32,000 nt of DNA, taken from assembly GCA_951812965.1 (NCBI GenBank), contig OX638341.1, forward strand, positions 570,438 through 602,437, written 5' to 3'. This document shows positions 17,198 to 25,195 of this stretch, one piece after another. A model generated the notes under the pieces. It was given only the letters and a program-made list of their open reading frames with translations. It searched no databases and had not been told where the DNA came from. The stretch's first letter is position 1, and each line of letters begins with the position of its first letter. The translations under genes were made by a program, and so were the position numbers. The DNA comes from an uncultured Pseudohongiella sp. Its GTDB lineage: Bacteria > Pseudomonadota > Gammaproteobacteria > Pseudomonadales > Pseudohongiellaceae.

Positions 17198-18381
17198 CCA
17201 ACAGACGGCTACGCGCAGCCCTGCTGGCGGCGCCGCTGTTCGTGTTTGTCTCCGTGACCTTTATCGCGCCGCTGGCAACGATGATGATGCGTAGCGTCTA
17301 CGAGCCGGTAGTCGCCGAATCCTTGCCGGAAACCCTGGCGGCGCTGGCGGATTGGGATGGCCGGGAATTGCCGAATGAAGCGACTTTCCGCGTTGCGGGA
17401 ATGGAATTTATCGCCCTGAACGAGCGCCGCGCACTGGGCTCGGTAGCGACCCGGGTCAATCGGCTCGAAAGCGGCATGCGCAGCACCATGCTCGGCGTCG
17501 CCCGCGAGCTGGCAAACGATCCTCCGGCCGGCGCCTGGCGCGAAGCCATGATCGCCGCCGATGAAGACTGGGCCGAAGTTTCGAGTTGGCTGGCGGTTCG
17601 CAGGGCGGGCGAGCGCATCACGCCAAGACACTATCTGAACGCTCTCGATCTGGACCGGGGCGCCGCCGGGGAAATCGTCGCCCAGCCCGAGGACCGGCGC
17701 ATCTACGTTACCTTGCTGTTGCGCACCTTCGCCATCAGCGCCGCCATAACCGGAATCTGCCTGCTGCTGGCTTACCCCGTCGCCTGGCTGCTGGCCCATG
17801 CGCGGCCGAGCCGGGCCGGACTGCTGTTGCTACTCGTGCTGGTGCCGTTCTGGACTTCGCTGCTGGTGCGCACGACTTCCTGGATCGTGCTGTTGCAGAA
17901 TCAGGGCGTGATCAACGATCTGCTGGTGGCGCTGGGAATCCTTGCCGAGGAACAGCGTCTGTCGCTGATTTACAACATGACCGGCACCATCATCGCCATG
18001 GTGCACGTGCTGCTGCCGTTCATGATCCTGCCGCTGTATTCGATCATGCGCACGATTCCGCCGCGGCACATGCAGGCGGCGGCTTCGCTGGGCGGCTCGT
18101 TCTGGCAGTCCTTCCGCCGGGTTTACTGGCCGCAGTCGCTGCCCGGCGTAGCCGCGGGCTCGCTGCTGGTATTTATTATGTCCATCGGCTTTTACATCAC
18201 TCCGGCCCTGGTCGGCGGCCGCACCGGGCAACTGATTTCGAGCATGATCGCCTACCACATGGAACAATCGCTGAACTGGGGCCTGGCGGCGGCGCTCGGC
18301 GCCATTCTGCTGTTGCTCGTGGTGCTGCTCTACCTGATTTATAGCCGTCTGGTGGGAGTCGACAGGATGAGTCTGAGCTGA
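17182..18381 (+). CDS. ABC importer permease, PotB-like, with long periplasmic loop after TM1
   Basis: 399 aa. TM1 is followed by roughly 150 hydrophilic residues. The core permease then has multiple TMs and an EAA-like loop (MQAAASLGGSFWQSFRRVYWP). It overlaps the neighbouring genes at both ends. Confidence 0.88.
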   Translation: MANSLTNRRLRAALLAAPLFVFVSVTFIAPLATMMMRSVYEPVVAESLPETLAALADWDGRELPNEATFRVAGMEFIALNERRALGSVATRVNRLESGMRSTMLGVARELANDPPAGAWREAMIAADEDWAEVSSWLAVRRAGERITPRHYLNALDLDRGAAGEIVAQPEDRRIYVTLLLRTFAISAAITGICLLLAYPVAWLLAHARPSRAGLLLLLVLVPFWTSLLVRTTSWIVLLQNQGVINDLLVALGILAEEQRLSLIYNMTGTIIAMVHVLLPFMILPLYSIMRTIPPRHMQAAASLGGSFWQSFRRVYWPQSLPGVAAGSLLVFIMSIGFYITPALVGGRTGQLISSMIAYHMEQSLNWGLAAALGAILLLLVVLLYLIYSRLVGVDRMSLS

Positions 18382-19214
18382 TGAGCGCCGCGAAGAATCC
18401 TGGCGATTCGAGACTGCGCCGGTGGCTGCATGTCGGCTTCTGCGCCGCGGTGCTGTTTTTCCTGGTGGCGCCGGTGCTGGTGGTGATTCCGCTCAGTTTC
18501 AACGCCGAGCCCTATTTCACTTTTACCGAGGGCATGTTGCGGCTGGATCCGGACGCCTGGTCCCTGCGCTGGTATCGCAATGTGTTGGAAGAAGGCCGCT
18601 GGCTGCCGGCGCTGGGCAAGAGCCTGACAATCGGCATTGCCGCCACCGTGATAGCCACGACGCTTGGCACGCTGGCGGCGCTCGGCCTGAGCAGCCCGGC
18701 GATGCCGGGACGTGGAATGGTGACGGCCCTGCTGATTTCGCCAATGGTGACGCCGATCATCATCACCGCGGCCGGCATGAGCTTCTTCTACTCCGACATG
18801 GGGCTCGGGCAGACCTATACGGCGCTGATACTGGCCCATGCGGTGCTCGGCGCGCCTTTCGTGGTGATCTCGGTCAGCGCGAGCCTCAGCGGCTACAATC
18901 ACGATCTTAATCGAGCGGCGGCCAATCTCGGCGCCAACGGCTGGACAACCTTGCGCCGAGTGCAACTACCGCTGATCGCGCCCGGCGTGTTCACGGGCGC
19001 CTTGTTCGCCTTTGCGGCCTCATTCGACGAAGTGGTCGTGGTGCTGTTCATCGGCGGGCCGGAGCAACGCACCATCCCGCGCGAGATGTGGGCGGGCATC
19101 CGCGAACAAATCAGTCCGGAAATCCTGGCCGTAGCCACCTTCCTCATCGTCTTCGCCATCCTGCTGCTGGCCGCCGTCAACTGGCTCCGCCAGCGCGATT
19201 ATGTGCGAGCCTGA
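18381..19214 (+). CDS. ABC importer permease, PotC-like
   Basis: 277 aa, six predicted TMs, EAA loop LNRAAANLGANGWTTLRRVQLPL. Its start shares one nucleotide with the upstream stop (TGATG). Confidence 0.9.
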   Translation: MSAAKNPGDSRLRRWLHVGFCAAVLFFLVAPVLVVIPLSFNAEPYFTFTEGMLRLDPDAWSLRWYRNVLEEGRWLPALGKSLTIGIAATVIATTLGTLAALGLSSPAMPGRGMVTALLISPMVTPIIITAAGMSFFYSDMGLGQTYTALILAHAVLGAPFVVISVSASLSGYNHDLNRAAANLGANGWTTLRRVQLPLIAPGVFTGALFAFAASFDEVVVVLFIGGPEQRTIPREMWAGIREQISPEILAVATFLIVFAILLLAAVNWLRQRDYVRA

Positions 19215-20206
19215 TCCGACGCCTCCCTCTGCCCTGAATCCGCTTTCCGGGCGTGGACGATGAAGCCCGGCGTGAAAATGCCGAGTTCGCCCGCCTCGAC
19301 CAGGCTGTCCGCCGCCAAATTAAGCAACTCCGCCGCTTCGCTGGCGCCTTGGGGGAGTACGCGCAATTTCTCTAGGGTTTTTGTCAACGCCGCGGTAACT
19401 CGGCGGCCCGCCGGAATTCTCGCCAACGAAGTCAATGACAAATCGCGCGACTGAAGTCCCATGTACCACGGGCTCCGCGAATCCCATTCCTCGTGCTGGT
19501 CGATGGTGGCCGCGACCTGGAAACCCGCTGCGCGAATTGCTTCGACCTGCTCGCCGGTCCGCAACAGCTTGCCTAGCATGTTGCCCTTCTCTATCCCCGC
19601 GCGCGCGGCGCGATGACTCTCCACGGCATCATCGTAGCGATCCGTCAGACACCAGTCGATCACCACAATCTCGCCGCCGGGCTTGAGCAGCCGGTATAGC
19701 TCGCGAAAGACCGGTTCCTTATCCGGCGCATGACAGATTGCCTCGAACGAGTACATGGCGTCGAAAGAGTCGTCAACCATCGGCACGTCCATGAAATCCG
19801 CGTGAAGGAACCGGCAGGTCTCCGTCAGCCCCGATTTACGAAGCAGCTTTTTGCCGCGCGCGACCTGTTCGCCACTGATGTTGATCCCCGTGATGCTCGC
19901 GCCCGTCGTCTTGGCGATAGTAACCATTGGGCCGCCGATGCCGCAGCCCAAATCCGCGACCTCCATTCCGGCTTTGAGAGAGAGCATTGCGCCGATGAAG
20001 GCTTCCTGGCGTTGGTGCGAATCGGCGAGGCTCTCTCCCGGCATGCGCGGCGAGAAATGGAACGAGGATCCCCAGGCGAATTCGTAAAACGGAGTGACCT
20101 GTCTGTAATAGCGCCTGACGAGCGCGAAGTGCTCGCGGTTGCGTCGCATGCCCGGGCTTGAATCGTTCGTTCCCGCCAATCCCTTCTGCGTATCCAGGTG
20201 GCTCAT
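19199..20206 (-). CDS. Sterol C-24 methyltransferase-like SAM-dependent methyltransferase (SMT/ERG6 family), copy B
   Basis: 335 aa. FYEFAWGSSFHF (compare ERG6 YEYGWGSSFHF), SAM site VADLGCGIGGP, YSFEAICHAP (compare IEATCHAP), LKPGGEIV. A C-terminal region ends GIFTPGFIVHARKA, resembling the Sterol_MT_C tail. The comparison with ERG6 is from memory. Confidence 0.75.
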   Translation of the reverse strand: MSHLDTQKGLAGTNDSSPGMRRNREHFALVRRYYRQVTPFYEFAWGSSFHFSPRMPGESLADSHQRQEAFIGAMLSLKAGMEVADLGCGIGGPMVTIAKTTGASITGINISGEQVARGKKLLRKSGLTETCRFLHADFMDVPMVDDSFDAMYSFEAICHAPDKEPVFRELYRLLKPGGEIVVIDWCLTDRYDDAVESHRAARAGIEKGNMLGKLLRTGEQVEAIRAAGFQVAATIDQHEEWDSRSPWYMGLQSRDLSLTSLARIPAGRRVTAALTKTLEKLRVLPQGASEAAELLNLAADSLVEAGELGIFTPGFIVHARKADSGQREASDQART

Positions 20207-20275
20207 TTATGCGCCGGCTTCAAGAAGTGTTCAAGCGATCCGGCCTGGAGGACCAAAAAGTCATTCGAGGCGGGA

Positions 20276-21307
20276 TCAGGGCTCATCAGGCTTCCTTGCC
20301 AGCGCGAAGTACATCGGCGTAAAAATTCCACGCCGACCGGCCTCGGTGAACGCCAATGCCGCCGTGTTCAGGAGTGCCGACACCCGATGCGCACCTTTCG
20401 GAACGACTCCGAGACTCTCCAGCAGCTTGACCAGCGTATGGGTCACGACGCGTCCCCATCTGCAACTCCAGATCGTTTCCAGCGATGGCCCCGCACTGAT
20501 CAGAGGCTCATACCAGGCAACGTCCGATGCGGCTTCCATGGAGAGGTCGCGAGCATCCAGCAGTTCGAATCCGACCTTCCGCAGCGCGTCATCGACCTCG
20601 TGCGGGAAGGCGATTTCGGGCAAGCCGCCGCCCAGTTCGATGTCGGCCTTGAGGCGGAGATGATCAGAATCTTCCTCATCGAACCGGTCGGTCAGGCAGT
20701 ACTCGTAAGTTCCGAAACGTCCGCCCGGTTTAAGAACCCGCAACACTTCGGCGAAGGCGTCCGCCTTGTTCGGCGCACAGCAAGTGGTCTCTATTGAGTA
20801 AACGGCATCGAAGGAATCATTCGGGAAGTCCATCTTCATGAAATCTCCCACCACGTATTCCGCCAAGTGCTCCAGACCCGCCTCTTCGGTGTACTTTCGG
20901 GCGCGCTCCACCTGGTAGTCGCTGATGTTCACGCCCACCACCGCCGCTCCGCTGAAACGCGCTATCTCGCGTTGCGGTCCGCCGATCCCACAGCCGAGAT
21001 CGAGAACCGACATTCCGGGACGCAGTCCGAGCATATGAGCGAGATAGTGTTCGTGCCTCGCGAGTGAAGCCGTAAAGCGCTCACCCTTTGCCCGCGCCGC
21101 GAAGTGGAAGGATCTGTCCCATCCGTATTCGTAGAAGTCGGTGGTGAGGTCGAAATAGAGCTTGACGAAGTTCCGGTATTCGGCGAGCCGCAGATCCTGT
21201 CCACCACGTGCTTCGCCTCCGTATCGGTGCTCGTATTCCCCGATAGCGGAAGCCACATCGTCATTCTCCACCGCTCCCTTGAGTAAACCGGACAGTCTTG
21301 CCGTCAA
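20276..21307 (-). CDS. Sterol C-24 methyltransferase-like SAM-dependent methyltransferase (SMT/ERG6 family), copy A
   Basis: 343 aa. TTDFYEYGWDRSFHF...ASLARHEHYLAHMLGL...VLDLGCGIGGPQREIARFSG...VVGDFMKMDFPNDSFDAVYSIETTCCAP...VLKPGG...ADIELGGGLPE...GIFTPMYFALARKP. It is colinear with my memory of yeast ERG6 over nearly the full length. TTG start at 21307 preceded by GAGGGG. Confidence 0.8.
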   Translation of the reverse strand: MTARLSGLLKGAVENDDVASAIGEYEHRYGGEARGGQDLRLAEYRNFVKLYFDLTTDFYEYGWDRSFHFAARAKGERFTASLARHEHYLAHMLGLRPGMSVLDLGCGIGGPQREIARFSGAAVVGVNISDYQVERARKYTEEAGLEHLAEYVVGDFMKMDFPNDSFDAVYSIETTCCAPNKADAFAEVLRVLKPGGRFGTYEYCLTDRFDEEDSDHLRLKADIELGGGLPEIAFPHEVDDALRKVGFELLDARDLSMEAASDVAWYEPLISAGPSLETIWSCRWGRVVTHTLVKLLESLGVVPKGAHRVSALLNTAALAFTEAGRRGIFTPMYFALARKPDEP

Positions 21308-21557
21308 GGTGATTTTCCCCTCACATTAGCAATTTCCGGTTGTCCGCGCAGACACCGAATCGGCACGGATGATAGCAACGTTCGCCCTTCCCCCACAATC
21401 TGTAGACCAGGCAACGCGCAGACTATGCTTTTTTGCGACTGTTCCGGCGCAAAACGTGAACTTTACTCACTTTTAAAGTCCAAATATCGCTCGGTTGATG
21501 CGGACACGTGCTGTCTGATCGTGAGATTTTGGCGGGGGCGGGTGTCCCATGACCAGT

Positions 21558-21586
21558 TTGCAATCGACCTATTTTTGGACTAAATT
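21558..21586 (+). promoter_or_regulatory. Candidate sigma70 promoter of phd-parE (TTGCAA, 17 nt spacer, TAAATT)
   Basis: -35 at 21558-21563 and -10 at 21581-21586, in an AT-richer gap. AAGGTGA and the ATG at 21611 follow. Confidence 0.45.
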
Positions 21587-21610
21587 CAGACCTGTTTCAA
21601 GGTGAAAATC

Positions 21611-21877
21611 ATGACACTAGCAAGTAACATCAAACCGATCAGTTATCTGAAATCGCACGCCGCCGAAATTGTCCGTACGCTGGGAGAAACGACCGAGCCC
21701 TACATCATCACGCAAAACGGTCAGGCTAAGGTCGTGGTGCAAGATATAGACAGTTACGAGCGCATGCAGGAAACCATTGCCCTGTTGAAGATACTCGCGC
21801 AAGGGAAAGAACAGATCGAAGCGGGCAAAGTACGGGACGCGGCGGATGTGATAGCGACCCTCCGCGCACGACGTTAA
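21611..21877 (+). CDS. phd: Type II antitoxin, Phd/YefM family
   Basis: MTLASNIKPISYLKSHAAEIVRTLGETTEPYIITQNGQAKVVVQDIDSYERMQETIALLKILAQG is the typical Phd/YefM fold signature. The track ORF begins at GTG 21602. The ATG at 21611 has the better RBS spacing. Confidence 0.88.
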   Translation: MTLASNIKPISYLKSHAAEIVRTLGETTEPYIITQNGQAKVVVQDIDSYERMQETIALLKILAQGKEQIEAGKVRDAADVIATLRARR

Positions 21878-21888
21878 CCGACACCCCC

Positions 21889-22215
21889 GTGCCGCACCTG
21901 TTCAAACTAACAGACGCCGCGGCCGGCGACCTCGAAGACTTGTGGGAATACATCGGGCAACATGACTCTCGAGATGCCGCCGATCATGTGTTGACCCGGC
22001 TCGAAGAGGCTTTCTCAAGCCTTTCCGAGCGGCCGTCGCGCGGAGCATATCCGAAGGAATTGCTGGAATTGGGGTTGCGGGAATTTCGCGAAATTTTCTT
22101 CAAACCCTTTCGAATCATTTACCAGTTGCAGGACGATATCGTCTATGTCGTAGCCGTCGCCGACAGTCGCCGCGATGCGCGCTCCTTACTCGAAAGGCGC
22201 CTGCTTCGAGTTTGA
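21889..22215 (+). CDS. parE: Type II toxin, ParE/RelE family
   Basis: 108 aa. LTDAAAGDLEDLWEYIGQHDSRDAADHVLTRLEEAFSSLSERPSRG...FREIFFKPFRIIYQLQDDIVYVVAVADSRRD is the ParE pattern. It starts 12 nt after the antitoxin gene. Confidence 0.85.
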   Translation: MPHLFKLTDAAAGDLEDLWEYIGQHDSRDAADHVLTRLEEAFSSLSERPSRGAYPKELLELGLREFREIFFKPFRIIYQLQDDIVYVVAVADSRRDARSLLERRLLRV

Positions 22216-22229
22216 GTGGGCCGGAATCT

Positions 22230-24227
22230 CTATTCGAAAACAGCTTCATTGGCGCGGGCTATGTCCATGTAGGCGTTCTTGAAGCCTGGCAGCAGGTAAC
22301 CTTCGCTGATGAGTTTGTCGGTGGCGGCTTCGTATTTTTGCAGGTAATCGTCGAAGGACTGGTACAGGCCCGCGACCGAGTTGCGCAGGTCGCCGGATTG
22401 CACCGCCGCGGCGGTATTGGTCGGGAACGGAATGTAGCCGCCGGCGAGCCGGGCCAGGGAGCGCTCGGCGCCGGTTGCGGGGGCGCGCAGGTTCCACGGG
22501 GTGAAAGTCGCCAGGGGGACTGCCGTCAGGGGCGGCAGCACGGTGCTTTCAGTGAAGTCGTTGTTGTCGGAATTTACCGCCGGCGCCAGCGCTCCGTACA
22601 GGTGGTCGGAAGACTGCGGATGCCGGTCCACGATGCGTTCGCTGTTCCAGCGCGGACCATATTCGGCATGAGCCGGACGGTAGAGCGCCTCAGGATGATT
22701 CACGCCGCGTAACGGAGTCCAGACCGCGCGATTGATGCGGCCGTCTACGTGGGAAGGCGCCAGCGTGCCGTCGGCGATGCGCGGATAGCGTGATTCGGGC
22801 GGCTCCTCGCCTTCCGCTACCCAGCGATACATGGCAACGAGCAGGGAATCGGCTATCGGCGCCCACAAGTTCGGATTCCTCGGCAATTGCGTATTGGCGT
22901 CTTCGCGCGGCGTTCCATTGCCCGAACCGTGCTGGGAGCCACCGATGGTGTAGAAACGCACGTTCGGCGGAATATATGCGTCTTCGCTGCCGTCGGGTGT
23001 GGTATGCGGCAGCGAGCCCGCGCGCACCCAGTATTCGTTTGAAGTCTGGACGTGGAACACCATCGGCGCCGTGCCGCTGGCCCTGGCGCGGCGCAGGATG
23101 CCGTCGTTGCGGCCGGTCCATGGGTCGGTGCTTTCGCCATAAGTAAAGGGGAACAGATCGTTCGGGTACAGGTGATTGGAATGTTGTCCGTTGGTGCGGG
23201 TGGGCATGGCGAAGCGGAGGTTGAACATGCCGTAGCCACCGCCGGCGATCACCGGAATTACGCCGTCGAAAACCTTGCGCGATTCGAGATCGGCATTGAA
23301 TCCGTCGTACATGAATTGCCGCAACAGCCGCCCGCTCTGGGAATTGCCCCAGGCCACAGTGTGTTCGATGTCGACCAGGCCGAGTTGCGCCAGTTGTTCC
23401 TCGCCTTCACCTCCATACCGCATGAGCGGTACGAGATCGCGGATCGCGGCCATACCGGCGCCCGCAAGCACCGGGTCCCGGGCCTCGTAAACAAGCTCGT
23501 AGATCATGCCGGGCTCGAAGCCGCCGTCCAGCGCGAGGTTGACGATGGGCTGACTGCTGTCCGGCTCGTCGACGACCGACAGCTCAAAACGCGAACGTTC
23601 GATCGGGATGCGCGCATCGGTCTGGTATTGCCGCCGGTTGAGGCTTGCTTCGCGCAGGCCGCGCTCGGTCGGCGCATAGGCCAGATGTCCGCTGCCGGCG
23701 ATATTTACCTCGTCCGCCGGGCTGTTGACGATGACCTCGTAGCGGACGTCGCCGGTTATGAGATCGTCAGCCGAGCCGACGACGGGGGCGTGCAGGCGCA
23801 GGCGACTTGGTCCCGGCGTGATTTCGTTGATCCAGCCGGTGACGAGATAAGTGAAGCCGAGGCCGGCCAGCGGATGATCGAAGGAAATTTCCGGCGCGAC
23901 CCGCGAGCCGCCGCGGTTATTGACGTTGTATAACAGGCCGCCGTTGGCGATGTCCGCCGAGGGCGCCAGCACCCTGAAGTCGGCGGAATACTCGACCATG
24001 CCTTCGCCGTTGCGCGGCGCGTAGGCGATGTCGGCGATCATGGCGTTGCCCGAATGATCCGGGTCCAGGCTCAGGTAAAGCACGCCTTCGATCACATCGT
24101 AAGTGAAATCGTGTCCTGCGCTCGAAAGCGTTTCGCGGCTGGTGATTTCGATGCGGTCGACACCGGCGAAAGTAATCGACGGCAACAGCAGGAAAAGGAA
24201 AACAAGCAGGCGCGGCAGACTCGTCAT
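22230..24227 (-). CDS. Secreted alpha/beta-hydrolase-domain protein of unknown function (Abhydrolase_10-like large family)
   Basis: Signal peptide MTSLPRLLVFLFLLLPSITFAG. N-terminal VDRIEITSRE...LDPDHSGNAMIADIAYAPRNGEGMVEYSADFRVLAP...GGLLYNVNNRG. Candidate nucleophile elbow WGNSQSGRLLRQFMYDGFN. I prefer the ATG at 24227 (GGAG with 8 nt spacing) over the GTG at 24236. Confidence 0.65.
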   Translation of the reverse strand: MTSLPRLLVFLFLLLPSITFAGVDRIEITSRETLSSAGHDFTYDVIEGVLYLSLDPDHSGNAMIADIAYAPRNGEGMVEYSADFRVLAPSADIANGGLLYNVNNRGGSRVAPEISFDHPLAGLGFTYLVTGWINEITPGPSRLRLHAPVVGSADDLITGDVRYEVIVNSPADEVNIAGSGHLAYAPTERGLREASLNRRQYQTDARIPIERSRFELSVVDEPDSSQPIVNLALDGGFEPGMIYELVYEARDPVLAGAGMAAIRDLVPLMRYGGEGEEQLAQLGLVDIEHTVAWGNSQSGRLLRQFMYDGFNADLESRKVFDGVIPVIAGGGYGMFNLRFAMPTRTNGQHSNHLYPNDLFPFTYGESTDPWTGRNDGILRRARASGTAPMVFHVQTSNEYWVRAGSLPHTTPDGSEDAYIPPNVRFYTIGGSQHGSGNGTPREDANTQLPRNPNLWAPIADSLLVAMYRWVAEGEEPPESRYPRIADGTLAPSHVDGRINRAVWTPLRGVNHPEALYRPAHAEYGPRWNSERIVDRHPQSSDHLYGALAPAVNSDNNDFTESTVLPPLTAVPLATFTPWNLRAPATGAERSLARLAGGYIPFPTNTAAAVQSGDLRNSVAGLYQSFDDYLQKYEAATDKLISEGYLLPGFKNAYMDIARANEAVFE

Positions 24228-24323
24228 GGCGGTCACTCCACAATATTCGGAAGAGAATCAGTAGAACGGCCCGATCATTTCAAAGCCGGATTACTTGGTC
24301 AAGACTGGGCCCGCCTTCAGCAT

Positions 24324-24351
24324 GTAGGGGCGAGGCATGCCTCGCCCCTAC
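24324..24351. repeat. REP-like palindrome copy R6, full 28-bp perfect palindrome (gtaggggcgaggcatgcctcgcccctac)
   Basis: It lies between the DUF1499 gene's stop and the hydrolase gene's start, and carries both gtag and ctac flanks. Confidence 0.9.
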
Positions 24352-24379
24352 AATCTTGCATGTATCTGAACCTGAAGAG

Positions 24380-25120
24380 TCAGCGCGCGTCCTCGACGCG
24401 GCCGATGATTTCGAATATGCGTTCGGCATTGGCGCCGAGATCGACTACTCCGACTCGCGATACCGAGCGGACGTCCATGCGGGTGCCGGCGTCCGTTTCA
24501 CGCAGCCTGACCACGAGATCGTCCTTGAAACCGAACCAGAACGTCGTTGCAATTGCCTCGATTTCGCCCTGCTCCGGATCCTCGCGCACGAGTTCGAGCC
24601 CCATGTCGATGAGAACGCCACGGACGAGTTCGAACATTTCGTCCCGCGGCAAATCCATGTCCAGCGGCCCCAGGTCAGGATAGCCTTCGCGTTGCAAGGG
24701 GCCGATCGTTTCACTGTCGTAGAAGAGCGGGTTATCGCCTTCGCCGCGCAGCGACGCGACCACGGTGAACTCGGGAGGATCCTCGATATCCGTACTCACG
24801 TTGTGAATCGGAGCCACGGTAAACGCCGACGCCACCGCAACGCCAAGATAGGTAGCCGCCAGCAGGGAAATCGCGGCGCCCGGCGCCGCCAGCGGCGGGC
24901 GCTCACCAGCCTTCCTGTGGCGCACCAGGGCGATGACGCCCAGAATCAGGCCGACAATTCCCATAACCAGGCCCAGGGGCGCGAGCAGCAATCCGATGCC
25001 GAAAGACCACAGGCCAATGCGAGTGCCGAGCCCGCCGAGCACGGGAAGGAGAATTGCGAGCAGGCCGAGCCCCAAAGAGAACGAGGCGAGCTTGCTTCTT
25101 TTCGATGATATCTGGTTCAC
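24380..25120 (-). CDS. DUF1499-domain membrane protein
   Basis: N-terminal TM helices, then the DUF1499-type C-terminus (FKDDLVVRLRETDAGTRMDVRSVSRVGVVDLGANAERI). I prefer the GTG at 25120, preceded by GAGGAG with 6 nt spacing. The longer track ORF (to 25153) would translate REP copy R7. Confidence 0.75.
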   Translation of the reverse strand: MNQISSKRSKLASFSLGLGLLAILLPVLGGLGTRIGLWSFGIGLLLAPLGLVMGIVGLILGVIALVRHRKAGERPPLAAPGAAISLLAATYLGVAVASAFTVAPIHNVSTDIEDPPEFTVVASLRGEGDNPLFYDSETIGPLQREGYPDLGPLDMDLPRDEMFELVRGVLIDMGLELVREDPEQGEIEAIATTFWFGFKDDLVVRLRETDAGTRMDVRSVSRVGVVDLGANAERIFEIIGRVEDAR

Positions 25121-25142
25121 ACGGGTCTCCTCGAACGATTCC

Positions 25143-25166
25143 GGGCGACGCATGCGTCGCCCCTAC
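25143..25166. repeat. REP-like palindrome copy R7, variant core (gggcgacgcatgcgtcgccc + ctac)
   Basis: Same compensated variant as R5. It lies between the EamA gene's stop and the DUF1499 gene's start. Confidence 0.85.
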
Positions 25167-25195
25167 ATGACAGGTCATTTTATGCCAGGGTGGGC

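Noticed and set aside
1441-24683. Other long shadow ORFs opposite well-supported genes: 1441-2436, 4397-5692, 7754-9265, 8244-9200, 9375-10055, 13406-14539, 14857-15699, 16046-17086, 17209-17799, 18339-18965, 23052-23933, 24054-24683 and 25506-26189
   Set aside because: Each overlaps a gene with strong family motifs on the other strand or in another frame. Their products are low-complexity and Arg-rich with no recognisable domains.
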